64,000 nucleotides of DNA from Macrostomum lignano (taxonomy: Eukaryota): contig NIVC01000349.1 of NCBI GenBank assembly GCA_002269645.1, forward strand, positions 186,001 through 250,000, in the 5' to 3' direction. Under the pieces are notes generated by a model. The model saw only the letters and a program-made list of their open reading frames with translations. It did not search any database and had not been told where the DNA came from. The translations under genes were made by a program, and so were the position numbers. Positions 45,538 through 58,299 of the stretch are shown in pieces; position 1 is the stretch's first letter, and each line of letters opens with the position of its first letter.

Positions 45538-45910
45538 TCCCTCTGTACCCTCCTCTCTCACTCAGTACCCTCCTCTCTCCCTCTCTACCCTCCTCTCTCC
45601 CTCTGTACCCTCCTCTCTCTCTCAGTACCCTCCTCTCTCACTCAGTACCCTCCTCTCTCACTCAGTACCCTCCTCTTTCCCTCTGTACCCCCCTCTCTCC
45701 CTCTGTACCCTCCTCTCTCTCTCAGTACCCTCCTCTCTCACTCAGTACCCTCCTCTCTCCCTCTGTACCCCCCTCTCTCCCTCTGTACCCTCCTCTCTCC
45801 CTCTGTACCCCCCTCTCTCCCTCTGTACCCTCCTCTCTCCCTCTGTACCCTCCTCTCTCCCTCTGTACCCTCCTCTCTCCCTCTGTACCCCCCTCTCTCC
45901 CTCTGTACCC
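45538..45910. repeat. 20-bp minisatellite, right part (split by CACTA copy A)
   Basis: Same unit as 34215-34385. Confidence 0.9.
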
Positions 45911-46988
45911 TCCTCTCTGCCTCTCTAACCTCCCCTCCCTCACTACCCTCTTCTTTAGCTCGCTACCCTCGTCTGTCCCTCTATACCCTCCTTTCTCCCT
46001 CTCTACCCCCCTCTCTCTTTCTCTACCCTATCCTGTCCCTCTCTTGCCCTCCATGTTTTTCACCAAGTAGTTCCTAAACAATTACAGAAGCAGAGATGCA
46101 AAATATTTTGTCTTCCACGCGCTCGAACAATTTGTACTCCTTAAAGCAAAAGCAGCAAACTGCCTAACAATCTTTCCCTTTTTTCTATACATGCACTGCA
46201 CTAATTATAATTCTCATAATCCCAGTGGTTAGAAAAATTGGGGCGTACCCTCTAGGCCGGCGCCCCGGCGGCCCTCAAGGGTACGCCCCATCCCGCAAGA
46301 TAAAAGTTTGTAGGTTTTCTTCTTTGTACGTATGAAATATTTTTGTGAGGAAATTATGTAAAGAGCAGAATTTTTAAAGTTGATTTTTTTAGTTTCGGGT
46401 GTTTTTGTGCTCGAACCTGACAGTACGCCTTTCAGTACGTGCAGTGGACAGTGGGGCGAACTATTGATATCCTTATTAATTATTTTCTTGTATAATGAGC
46501 TCATTATTTATTTGCATTGACCAATCCTCATACTACAGCTAACTTGAACTTTTAACCCTTTGAGCAGCCATCTCTTTGAAAAATTGCTGCAAGCTCCAAA
46601 GTGGGGTATAGGCGACTCGTGCAAATTTTTCTGAGTTTCATACACTTCAGAAATTGGATGTGAACGCAAAAGTGTGCGTTTTAGCCTACCTACTTATAAG
46701 TAATACCTTTTGATCTTCGAAATCAACGCAACAAAAAATATATTTTTTAATACTCCACTACTTAAGCACTAGCGCATGTACAATGTTGCTTGTATTCTTA
46801 AGTTTTCATTTAGATGAGTCCGATTTGGTGGTCAATTCAGGATTTTTAAAGTAGTGGGGGCAGATTTGCCCAAATTTTTGTTTTGGTCTAAAAAGCCAAA
46901 GTAAGCTCAAAATTTACCCCCCTTATATGCAAGTCCAGCCATGGCAAAGGGGGCGGCCGCCGGGTCTACTACATCTACGAGTACATTT

Positions 46989-47470
46989 GACCGCCACAAT
47001 TTGATCGCCGTTCTATTCAAGGTGAAATAGGGCGGCGGGCAAATTGTCTGGCGGGCAAATTGTCTGGCGGGCAAATTGTCTGGCGGGCAAATTGTCTGGC
47101 GGGCAAATTGTCTGGCGGGCAAATTGTCTGGCGGGCAAATTGTCTGGCGGGCAAATTGTCTGGCGGGCAAATTGTCTGGCGGGCAAATTGTCTGGCGGGC
47201 AAATTGTCTGGCGGGCAAATTGTCTGGCGGGCAAATTGTCTGGCGGGCAAATTGTCTGGCGGGCAAATTGTCTGGCGGGCAAATTGTCTGGCGGGCAAAT
47301 TGTCTGGCGGGCAAATTGTCTGGCGGGCAAATTGTCTGGCGGGCAAATTGTCTGGCGGGCAAATTGTCTGGCGGGCAAATTGTCTGGCGGGCAAATTGTC
47401 TGGCGGGCAAATTGTCTGGCGGGCAAATTGTCTGGCGGGCAAATTGTCTGGCGGGCAAATTGTGGCGGTC
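46989..47470. repeat. 16-bp satellite cassette in copy B (one more unit than copy A)
   Basis: Same inverted-repeat brackets; span is 16 bp longer. Confidence 0.88.
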
Positions 47471-48347
47471 TCCGCTGTCGGTCTCCCGCGGCCGCGCCCC
47501 CCCCCTTGGATAGTGGCGTAAATAAATACTCATTTCAAAGTTTTACATGTAAGTAGGCGGCATACCCTTGCACAAGGTTGCATAATTATTTGAAAGCCGT
47601 ATGCTTGTATGGGGTGGACAGTTGACAGTCAAAATGCCTATATCTACATGTACCTCCATACAGTAATAATTTACCTATTAAACAACAGGTAAGGTCAAAG
47701 ATAACATATGCGTATGCCAGCAAAGGTTTAAAATTTTCAATAATTAATTGTACGGTACAATGCGATAGCAAAACAAACTAATCTTAGATGCAGCTATTAT
47801 CTAGAATCTCGATTTATCTTCCAGAATTTTAGAGAAATACAACTAGGACAGGGGAAATCCCGGAAAATCAATCAGGTTTGCCAAGCTGTATTAAAGGGGG
47901 ACCAAGCGCATTTTTGCCAAAATACAGAGCCACCCCTCCGCCCCCCTTGGGTCTTTACCCTTCAGAATCCGCCCCCCCCCCCCACATAAGAAATTCTGCT
48001 TGCGCCACTGCTAACAGTTCAAGTAATTCTGGAGAGCACAGAGTGCTGTCTAGAGAAGCTGTTCAGGCTTGGCACAACGCGCCCGCCAAAATTTTGTTAA
48101 TGTCAACTTTTGCTCATTGTAATGATCGAAATTCCTTGCGAGGGATTGGCTAACTATTTTACTTTAAGTGCCAGATAGAGAATCTAGCTCAAGACTGCGG
48201 GCCAGAAGGAGGAGAGTGGAGGGGAGAGGGGAGAGATGTGAGATGTGAGAGGAGGGAAGAGAGGAGAGAGGCGAGATGAGAGAAAGAAGGGAGATAAAGG
48301 GAGAGAGGAGAGAGGCGAAAGGAGAGATGTCAGAGGAAGGGAGCAAG

Positions 48348-48537
48348 CAGTAGGGCAACCAGAAATTTTTTGAGGGGGGGGGCGGATTCTGGAAGGTAAA
48401 GTCCCGTGAGGGAGGGGGCGGAGGGGAGGCTCTGTTTTTGGCGAAAATTCGCTTGGTCCCCCTTCAATTTTTTCTGGGTCTCCGCCTAAGGGGGGGCCCC
48501 GCCCCCCCCCCCCCCGCCCCCCCTGGTTGCGCCACTG
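48348..48537. mobile_element. hAT-type MITE nested in CACTA copy B
   Basis: Same TIRs and GGAGCAAG TSD as 36497-36685. Confidence 0.78.
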
Positions 48538-49639
48538 GGAGCAAGGAAAGAGGGGAAAGGAGGAGAGAGGGGAGATTTTGATGAGAAAAGGAGAAGAAAT
48601 TAGCAAAAAAGCTGAGAAGAGATGCAAACCTTGAGCGGGCTGGATTGTTATTGGCATGGGAAGTTAGAAAGGACCCGAGGGCTGGATAGAGAGACTGCGG
48701 GCCGCATGTGGCCCGTGGGCTGGAGTTTGCTGACCCCTGCAGCCTGCAGTAGGCTATGCATGACGGGCCCAGTTAACTGCATAATGGCAAATAAGAGACA
48801 TGGGAGATTGGAGATAGGAGACTGTCTCCCCTGTCTCCCCTTCATTTATCTCCCCGATTACGAGTAGGGCACAGTCACTCAGTCACATTTTGATAAGGAG
48901 GGATACATAGACATAGATATTTTCTCAGTTTTCATATTCAGAGGCGGTCAGAGCTCAAATGGGACAGGTCATGAATAAATAACAATCTAACCCCGCCTTG
49001 TCATTTTTCCGGATGAATAAATCCACTGAATCATAAAGGTTTCAAAGTGCCTTTGCGTTCTCATGACAGTTTTTGCCACTCAATTATTCTAGTCTTACTG
49101 AATCCCCGAGTTAACAGAAAATTATAGCTCGGCGCACGTCCGCCAGCTTGAATATTCTCGCTATATTATTGTTCTCTATTTGCGATCGTCTTTTACAACC
49201 CGACATCAATAAAACCCGTGTGGGCTTTATCTCTCATTAACAGAAATCTCTCATCAATTATAGCCTGTATAAAGCTTACTCATTTTGAGTTGCTCTTAGA
49301 AAAATGTTTTGAATTTCCTGGCCAGTGGCAATAACCCGTAATGACAGGGCAATGCAAGGAATTATTTTAACCTAGAGGTGACAGCTAATTTTGGCCAATT
49401 CATTTCAGTTGGGTGGGGGGGGGGGGTTAGAAGAAAGGCTAGAGAAGTGATATGGGAATTTCTACGTTGTACCGTTCTTGCCTGCTTAAGCGAACCTATG
49501 CGAAACAAACAAACTGTCCTGACTCCTTATCAGTGCAGGTCATCAAGTTTTTTCTATTCCCATATTGCACCAAAGATAAAGGAAGAACAAAGACGAATTT
49601 CGTGCGAGGCTTGACAAGGTCTGAACTATATATAGCACA

Positions 49640-50667
49640 TGAAGCACATGAAGGCTACTGAATTCAGACAGTACTTGCTGTACCTAGGACCTGTCCTCTT
49701 CAAAGGCATTTTAAATGAAGAAAGGTATAACCACTTTCTTTACCTCCATTTCGCCATTTACGCATACTCCAACGAAAGGTACTCCAAGTGGTGGACGCAG
49801 GCAAAAACTTGCATTGAAGTTTTTGTTGAACGGGCTGCCCACCTTTACGGCCAGAAGTTTATAAGTTTCAATCTTCACACTATTCTTCATTTGGATGAGT
49901 TTGTCCGAAAGCTAGGCAGTTTAAACAACTTTTCGACTTTCCCTTTCGAAAACTTTCTTGGATCTGTAAAGCGCCGCGTAAAGGTGACAAGGCACATGGC
50001 AGCGCATTCAGTTAAGCAGGTGCTCAGAGTTCGCGATCTTCTGTTGAATGAGCAGCGAATTCCACCGTTGAAATTCAGCACAAAGCGAGGTGATAATTGT
50101 TGCATAATCGACAAAGTATGCGTCCTAATCGAAGCTGTAAGTGAAGCTAATCAAGTCACTGGCAGGATTTTACACCCAGTTGACAACATCTACGCCAACC
50201 CATATCCATCTTTGCGTCTGGGAATCGGCTTGTACAGGATGACATCTGGTGTTCTAACTGGCACACCTGAGCGAAAGTGCTGGATTTTGCCTGCGAATCT
50301 GCTTGCCAATCTTGCTGGAGCGGACAGGGATCCAGCAAGCCATTTTTTTGTCATTCCTCTGACAGGTGACTCCGAGGAGGCCTGATGTAGGACGCGTGAG
50401 TCGCAAGTGAGTACTAAAAATATCTTTCTCTGGTTTTTTATATCAATCCGATTTCCTTCTATCTCGATTCTCGTATTCCCTGTATTCTGCAATTCTGCAA
50501 TTTCTTCCTGTATATGTTCTCAGCTTCAACACGCAGACATGATTGTAGATTGTGAGTTAAATATTAGTATATTACGATGCATACTCGATCGCAACTGCCA
50601 TTTTATCTTTACTTTTAGGATCCGCAGTTTCACGAGTTTACTACAAGCCTGGCGATCGGTCATTCAT
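49640..50667 (+). pseudogene. Inverted duplicate of the transposase 3' end (left arm, copy B)
   Basis: Reverse complement of 51177-52204. Confidence 0.93.
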
Positions 50668-51458
50668 TCATATATATATATTTTATAAGTTACAACCTAG
50701 CATAAACACATAAATACTTTGATACGGAAAGTATTGATTCGATCTGACCTAAAATAGGTGCCAGCAAAAGAAAGAAAATATTCATAGCATTTTATATGTG
50801 CTTAAAAGTAAAACCAGATGGTAACAGATGGAAATTACAGTTGTGCAGCTAGTTGATTATTATCAATGGGATAAGTAAAATATTACAAAAATTCTGTTGG
50901 CTTGAATTGGAGGTAGGAATACTGTATACAATACCATTAGTATTTCATACTCGTATACTGGGGTTTAAGAAAATAAATCCCCCATTTCAGCCACATACAG
51001 CGGCATCACCTCCCACTAAGTTTCCGGCCCCTCCACCCCTCCTACACAGTTTTGAGCTAAATTACCCCTCCGGCCTCTATAACACCGAATTTTAAGCTGT
51101 ACCTAATTCTAGGGTTCAAGAATGTAAACAATAAAGATAGAATCAATATAATCAGTCTCTAAAATAACTCCAGTTCATGAATGACCGATCGCCAGGCTTG
51201 TAGTAAACTCGTGAAACTGCGGATCCTAAAAGTAAAGATAAAATGGCAGTTGCGATCGAGTATGCATCGTAATATACTAATATTTAACTCACAATCTACA
51301 ATCATGTCTGCGTGTTGAAGCTGAGAACATATACAGGAAGAAATTGCAGAATTGCAGAATACAGGGAATACGAGAATCGAGATAGAAGGAAATCGGATTG
51401 ATATAAAAAACCAGAGAAAGATATTTTTAGTACTCACTTGCGACTCACGCGTCCTACA

Positions 51459-53486
51459 TCAGGCCTCCTCGGAGTCACCTGTCAGAGGAATGACAAAAAA
51501 ATGGCTTGCTGGATCCCTGTCCGCTCCAGCAAGATTGGCAAGCAGATTCGCAGGCAAAATCCAGCACTTTCGCTCAGGTGTGCCAGTTAGAACACCAGAT
51601 GTCATCCTGTACAAGCCGATTCCCAGACGCAAAGATGGATATGGGTTGGCGTAGATGTTGTCAACTGGGTGTAAAATCCTGCCAGTGACTTGATTAGCTT
51701 CACTTACAGCTTCGATTAGGACGCATACTTTGTCGATTATGCAACAATTATCACCTCGCTTTGTGCTGAATTTCAACGGTGGAATTCGCTGCTCATTCAA
51801 CAGAAGATCGCGAACTCTGAGCACCTGCTTAACTGAATGCGCTGCCATGTGCCTTGTCACCTTTACGCGGCGCTTTACAGATCCAAGAAAGTTTTCGAAA
51901 GGGAAAGTCGAAAAGTTGTTTAAACTGCCTAGCTTTCGGACAAACTCATCCAAATGAAGAATAGTGTGAAGATTGAAACTTATAAACTTCTGGCCGTAAA
52001 GGTGGGCAGCCCGTTCAACAAAAACTTCAATGCAAGTTTTTGCCTGCGTCCACCACTTGGAGTACCTTTCGTTGGAGTATGCGTAAATGGCGAAATGGAG
52101 GTAAAGAAAGTGGTTATACCTTTCTTCATTTAAAATGCCTTTGAAGAGGACAGGTCCTAGGTACAGCAAGTACTGTCTGAATTCAGTAGCCTTCATGTGC
52201 TTCAGTTCCAAGTCGATTTTCCGGGGTCTTCGTTGAAAGTTTGAAGGTGTCCAACCGGCAGCCATAGTAATTCGGTCGCCCAATAGGCTCATCGGACCGG
52301 GATAGACGAGACACTTCTTGCCATTAGATTTGTCGAAAAATAGGTAAAATAGCTTCCTTGTGACTCCAAGGCATACGGCATGCTGGTAGTCAGGGGGAAA
52401 AGCATCGACAAAACTAATGTTAGGCAAATTTAGAAGGGGCGATAGAGCGATTTTTTTATTTTCCTGGTTAGACTCCTTTCCCTCTCGGTATTGTTGGCTG
52501 CTACGAGACTCCCCGACGCTCGTTGAAAATGTTACTCTGTTGTCGGTATAAGGTCCAGTAGCCCTGCAGTACATGCAACCGACGTACGACATGTGCCCTT
52601 GAGTTACTGAGACCCAGGCTCGAGCAGGCGCATCGCAAACAAATCGGATAGTCGAGAAGCTGATGCTTAAATTTTCGATAATTTTTATTGGACCCGTAAG
52701 AAAACGTTTAGCCTCGTCGCAAAATTGTCGAAGATAATCATTCAGAGGTGGCTTGCCACAACCAGCCCATACGGCTACTGGAAAAGGTCTGCTGAATATG
52801 CTGGGAATAGACATAAGTATGGGCCAAAGACCGAAGTGGCTTGCTCGGTACAAAGGCAAGCCGTCAAAATTAACGATGGCTTCAATTTTGTAAACCTTCT
52901 CAGTTTCACTATCGTGTTGTAGATATTCTGGCTTCATGTGCAGCTGGTTTTTGCGAAACATTAGTTCTAGATTTTTCAGAATCGAAATGTAGCGAAAATG
53001 GCCTTTTCCCATGGGCTCCAATTTTTCCGTTGGATCGCCAGCATTGATGACGGCCTCAATAGAGTTGACAGACTTCGGCGCAGGCAAGCCTATGTCTCTT
53101 AGACCATCAACAAGGAATTTTTTAGATCCACGACTTAGGTTGAAACAAGAAAAGTAGACTACCAGCAAGGCGAATATTTTATCTTCTAAAGAGCGGTCAT
53201 CCTCTTTCTTGTCAATCTCCTCATCTTCATCGCTGCAAACTCGCGCGAACTCGTCAAAATCAGGATAGCTGCCATTGTCGTTGTCAAGATCTGGATCCGT
53301 ACCTTCATTGACTTCTGCTACAGAGGACTCCGAAGCGATGAAACCGGCGACTCTCCCAGAATCATCTGCTTCAAATACTTTTCTTTTTTTCTCTTGCAGT
53401 GCGATGTCTTCCAAAGCTTCTTGTTCTCCTTCCATGAACAAGCCCAGCAAATCCTTATTTGCTTGTCGCCTCAATTGCCTTGTCAT
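51459..53486 (-). CDS. CMC/EnSpm-type DDE transposase, copy B, 675 aa
   Basis: Translation identical to 39605-41632 in the ORF track. Confidence 0.92.
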   Translation of the reverse strand: MTRQLRRQANKDLLGLFMEGEQEALEDIALQEKKRKVFEADDSGRVAGFIASESSVAEVNEGTDPDLDNDNGSYPDFDEFARVCSDEDEEIDKKEDDRSLEDKIFALLVVYFSCFNLSRGSKKFLVDGLRDIGLPAPKSVNSIEAVINAGDPTEKLEPMGKGHFRYISILKNLELMFRKNQLHMKPEYLQHDSETEKVYKIEAIVNFDGLPLYRASHFGLWPILMSIPSIFSRPFPVAVWAGCGKPPLNDYLRQFCDEAKRFLTGPIKIIENLSISFSTIRFVCDAPARAWVSVTQGHMSYVGCMYCRATGPYTDNRVTFSTSVGESRSSQQYREGKESNQENKKIALSPLLNLPNISFVDAFPPDYQHAVCLGVTRKLFYLFFDKSNGKKCLVYPGPMSLLGDRITMAAGWTPSNFQRRPRKIDLELKHMKATEFRQYLLYLGPVLFKGILNEERYNHFLYLHFAIYAYSNERYSKWWTQAKTCIEVFVERAAHLYGQKFISFNLHTILHLDEFVRKLGSLNNFSTFPFENFLGSVKRRVKVTRHMAAHSVKQVLRVRDLLLNEQRIPPLKFSTKRGDNCCIIDKVCVLIEAVSEANQVTGRILHPVDNIYANPYPSLRLGIGLYRMTSGVLTGTPERKCWILPANLLANLAGADRDPASHFFVIPLTGDSEEA

Positions 53487-53850
53487 TGTTTTCGTCCGAA
53501 TCAGACTTTGATGATAGTTGACTGTTGTAATAATAATAAAGTAATTACTACGATTGCTTATTTCGTATTAAAGAAAGGATATGAACAAAAGCTGGGAAGA
53601 ATTGAAAACTATTCCTTTGGGGGTTTGTGCGCGCTGATTGGACAGGTATGGATGCGGGGACGGTAGGGCCAATGAAATTGGAAAAGCCAGGGCGGCCTTT
53701 TTCATTCGAAGAACTATAGAAGACAATTGCTTCTAGAAGCAACCTAAACCACTGAATCATTAAATAAGCATAAACTATAGTGTGAGCTCCAAACTCTTGC
53801 TTTATTTGGTACTCAGTTTTGCACTAGCATAGTCTAGTCTGCATGCTACA

Positions 53851-56812
53851 ATGAAGTTTTTAGTGATCTTTAAAGACGACCGTCAAATTGTTGAGGTCTC
53901 GGAAAGCGAAGTGAAGCTTCCTGAAGGCTTTCAAAACCTTAAGGAAGAGGAATGGTTAGAAAAGAGGGACTCCACTGAGAAGTGGAAGTGTGAAGCCTTG
54001 TATGAAGGCTGTTTTTACTCTGCTCTAATTATTCAGGTAAGCAACCGATCCCAACGATTGAAATGTTAAAATTCTTGAATCGATCTAATATTTGTACGCT
54101 CATATTTTCTCATTAATTTAAAGGTAATACTAAGCAACAACCTAGAGCCTGGGAGCTTCCGCTTTGTGCGTGAATTGGTGGCCAAAAAGACCCGACTGAA
54201 CCGAATTCTCGAGTTGGTTCAACCCAGAGTCTTTCAGGAGCGTGACATGAAGAAAGCACGAAGGCATTACCAGACTAAGGTAAAATTAAGCACAGCCCAT
54301 ATAATTTTTATCGAGAACTTTGTTTTCTCCGTTTTACCTTTTAAACTATTTTTTAAGAAAAGGGAAGAAATTAAATGTGAAAATAATCTTTAAAACTGAC
54401 ATTAACTTGATAATTTCTCATGCCGTAACCATCCCAAACAGAATCTGTCAGACGGCTCAGCCACCGATTCCGAGGCAATCTTCGAAGATAAGAGCAGCCG
54501 CTGTTTGCAACCTCCAGCTTTGCTGCCTAAACAACATCCGCCTACGATTGCACAGTTAGCGCCAATGCCTCCTATTAGTGATGATGAAGCAGAAGCTGGC
54601 GTAGACGCCGATATGGAAGCTGAGGCGGAAGCTGAGGCGGAAGCTGAAGTGGAAGCTGAGGCGGAAGCTGAAGTGGAAGCTGAGGCGGAAGCTGAAGCGG
54701 AAGATGAGGTGGAAGCTGAGATCGGAGCTGAGGTGGAAGCTGAGATGGGAGCTGAGGCGGAAGCTGAGGCGGAAGCTGAGGTGGAAGCTGAGATGGGAGC
54801 TGAGGTGGAAGCTGAGGCGGAAGCTGAAATAGAAGCTGAGTTCGTAGCAGATGATCGATCGACGATTCCTAAGTCGCCTCCCACCATTTCATCTTTTAAT
54901 TTTGGTTCTGGCTTTCTTAGAAAACTAGAAGAGCAGATCCAAGCCGGTGTTAGCTTTGAGCTGGAAAGTCCAAGAGGCATCAAGTTTCTGTCCTTATATG
55001 CCCTACGCGAACTTACTATGCGCAAGAATGAATTGAAAGCATTAGAAAATAGTTTGACCAAACAAATCACCGCAATGCGCACTGAAGTGCAGAGCGTGCT
55101 ACGCTTTTTGGAACCTGTTGGCGCTGACATTCCAACTGATAATTCTGAGCCTTCATTCTGGCCGATCAACTCCTGGGAAAAATATGTGCAATTCGCTTCC
55201 AGTCCAAATGAACATATTTCTACTTTGGTAAGTTCATGACAGAGTTTTTTATTTTCTTTTCATTAGAAGAAATGCTCTAACTACTACTCAAAGCGCACTA
55301 GTACTATCACTGAAATAATAATCTATAAGTATTCTCACCTGTAAAAATCTAAACAGAAGAGCCTGCTACGTTCATGCAAGCGAGACAAGTGGTCCGATGC
55401 TTTAATGGCAATGCTTAACGAGAGCTTGTCGAAAGAGATGCAGGCGGTTATTAATTTAATCGGGTCAGACATGCGAAGCCGAGCTGTTGCTGCTGGAGTT
55501 GCGACCAACCTTACTGATGCGCAGCTTGGATTTCAGAGCACTCTGCTCAGCCATTTCCAAAGTAAGTCTACTTAATCAACGTTCAATGAGACTTTTAGAG
55601 CTAAATATCAAGAAATTAGTCGAGCACAGTGCATGCTATTCATAGTAACTTTCAACTTTTTTCCTAACAGAAGCAATCACATTCATCTATGGCGCGACCG
55701 CTGAAGCCGGCAGGCCCTCTGAACAATCTGTAAGAAATACTTGCAGACAGCAGCTAAAGCATGGCGGTGACCGATTAAAGGGGCGGTCGCATCGCACAGG
55801 AAGCCAGCTGCTTTCCGGAGTCCAGACTCAAAGCCCCGCTTCTGACAGCGCCGTACAAAGACAGTCTCTGGTGGCAGCGACTCCAAGCCCCGCTTCTGGC
55901 AGCGCCGTACAAAGACAGTCTCTGGTGGCAGCGACTCAAAGTCCCGCTTCTGGCAGCGCCGTACAAAGACAGTCTCTGGTGGCAGCGACTCCAAGCCCCG
56001 CTTCTGGCAGCGCCGTACAAAGACAGTCTCTGGTGGCAGCGACTCCAAGCCCCGCTTCTGGCAGCGCCGTACAAAGACAGTCTCTGGTGGCAGCGACTCA
56101 AAGTCCCGCTTCTGGCAGCGCCGTACAAAGACAGTCTCTGGTGGCAGCGACTCCAAGCCCCGCTTCTGGCAGCGCCGTACAAAGACAGTCTCTGGTGGCA
56201 GCGACTCCAAGCCCCGCTTCTGGCAGCGCCGTGCAAAGACGGTCTTTGGTGGCAGCGACTCAAAGTCCCGCTTCTGGCAGCGCTGTGCAAAGACGATCTC
56301 TGGTGGCAGCGACTCAAAGTCCCGCTTCTGGCAGCGCCGTGCAAAGACGGTCTTTGGTGGCAGCGACTCAAAGTCCCGCTTCTGGCAGCGCCGTGCAAAG
56401 ACACAGCCATTCATCTTCTTTTTCCCTAGTGAGTAAAAACGTATCTAAACTGAATAATGAACGATGAATACTATGATTGCTAAGCATTAAATACTACTAT
56501 CAGTAAGATAAAATGTGCATGCAGTAATTTTTTGTTTTCTTTCCAATGTCACAGACACCATCGCGACTATCAGCGGGAGAAGTGCCGCCAGCGGCGACAG
56601 CAAAGCCGAGCTCCCAATCCAGAAAGCGAGCGAGTATTCAGTTGGATTCTCAGCCTCGAAAGCGGAACAACCATCGCCCCCGTTCAGCAAAGTCAAAAAC
56701 CAACTACCGCACTGACTGCTCTCTCGAATCTGATGACGAAACCGAATCAAGTGGATCAAACTGGTCCGAAGATCAGCGAGAGCTGGATGATGGACAATTT
56801 AAAATCTTCTAA
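53851..56812 (+). CDS. CACTA accessory ORF2, copy B; exons 53851-54036, 54124-54279, 54442-55227, 55357-55561, 55671-56428, 56555-56812
   Basis: Copy A structure offset by 11854; one visible substitution (LSKQ in A, LTKQ in B). Confidence 0.75.
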
Positions 56813-57814
56813 TTATGAGAGCACGTATTTTACGAGTAAATGCTGTCAAAATGATTTTAAAACTGACATTCTTTCAACACCTTTGTTGCCAAAAACTTAA
56901 CTATTTTTCGTTCTAATATTGTGTTTTAATATCAGTTCCATTTAACTTCGCTAAATAAATTCAAATTTCATTACATTTAAGTTTCTTATTCGATTTCATT
57001 CATAGACTCAAACTAATTTTCTAAAGAACTGCAAAAAAATTTACAAAAGGCAAACTTCGTAAGCAGGTAGCAGCAAGGTTGTTTAAATTTATAATGGAAG
57101 AGACAATTGCTTAAAAAAATCAGATAGCTCTGAAAATTATTTGGAAATAAATTCAATTTTGAAACAACCAGAAAGCTAGGCTGCTGCCAGAGCAAAATAT
57201 ATCAGTAAAAGCCCTGCATACTACTGTTAGTAGAGTAAACCAATTCTTGCCTTAATTTATTGGGCAGTCCACCGGGCGCCGGGTATAAGGCCGGCGCCCC
57301 GACTGGACAAAGAGTGCGCCCCGCTACCGGCCACAGGCCACCGGGCGCCGCGGTCTGCGCACCCTTGGGCGTACCAGAATTTCCCACTGGGAATTAGGAA
57401 GCAACACAGAAAATCTGAACAGAAGAAATCTGCTGCAAAAACTTCGCAAGGAAGACTGGACCACCATAACTGGCACAAAGTTGCAATAAAACCCTCCCGA
57501 GGCAACCTCGCACTGTCTGGTCCGGTCCTGCCTCGGCCTCGCCCAACAGCAGTTTTTTCTAAGAAAATAACACGACGAACTAAAAGATTTTCGCAACAAA
57601 ACCCGCTATGGGAGGCCTCGGGCCGTTGGTTTGTTAAGACCCCGCGTGGGGGGGACTGCGGGTCGGGGACCTCTAAGTGAATCTGGACTGTTGATTTTTT
57701 TCAATAAAGCAGATTTCTATACAATAGTGGGTTTTACTGTTTATTGTGTCCTCCCCCCCGTAAAAGTTATGAGGTAGACCTTTGTTGACCTGTTATGTAA
57801 ATAAAAAATGTTGC

Positions 57815-58299
57815 TTCAGAGCGAAAAAATGCTTCGGTATAGCGCCTGCGGTGCCAAAATGAGTGCTTGTGGCGCTTAAATGGGGCCTGTGGCGCTAAAA
57901 TGGTGCCTGCGGCGCGAAAATGGGGCCTGTGGCGCTAAAATGGGGCCTGTGGCGCTAAAATAGGGCCTGTGGCGCTAAAATGGGGCCTGTGGCGCTAAAA
58001 TGGGCCCTGTGGCACTAAAATGGGGCCTGTGGCACTAAAATGGGGCCTGTGGCACTAAAATGGGCCCTGTGGCACTAAAATGGGGCCTGTGGCACTAAAA
58101 TGGGCCCTGTGGCACTAAAATGGGGCCTGTGGCGCTAAAATGGCGCCTGCGGTGCTAAAATGAGTGCCTGAGGCGCTAAAACGAGTGCCTGCGGCGCCAA
58201 AATTGTCGTTGACAACACCGATTCTAAAAATAATGTGCATAGTAGTATTCTTGGCTTTGTCTCCCCCCCCCACCATAGAATCCATGGCGACGCCCCTGA
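57815..58299. mobile_element. Dispersed non-autonomous element containing a 20-bp array (GGC(G/A)CTAAAATGGG(G/C)CCTGT)n
   Basis: Array at about 57860-58200; end ...CCATGGCGACGCCCCTG; homologous to 13826-14010. Confidence 0.55.

Larger units (their letters stand above)
46221..57391. mobile_element. CACTA/EnSpm (CMC) DNA transposon, copy B, 11171 bp, same orientation as copy A
   Basis: Same termini; 3-bp TSD AAT (46218-46220, 57392-57394); near-identical to copy A. Confidence 0.9.

Noticed and set aside
34386-57391. Tandem segmental duplication or assembly duplication of an 11.85-kb block
   Set aside because: Identity stops exactly at the CCCAGTGG/CCACTGGG termini, each copy has its own TSD, and the 683 bp between them is not duplicated.
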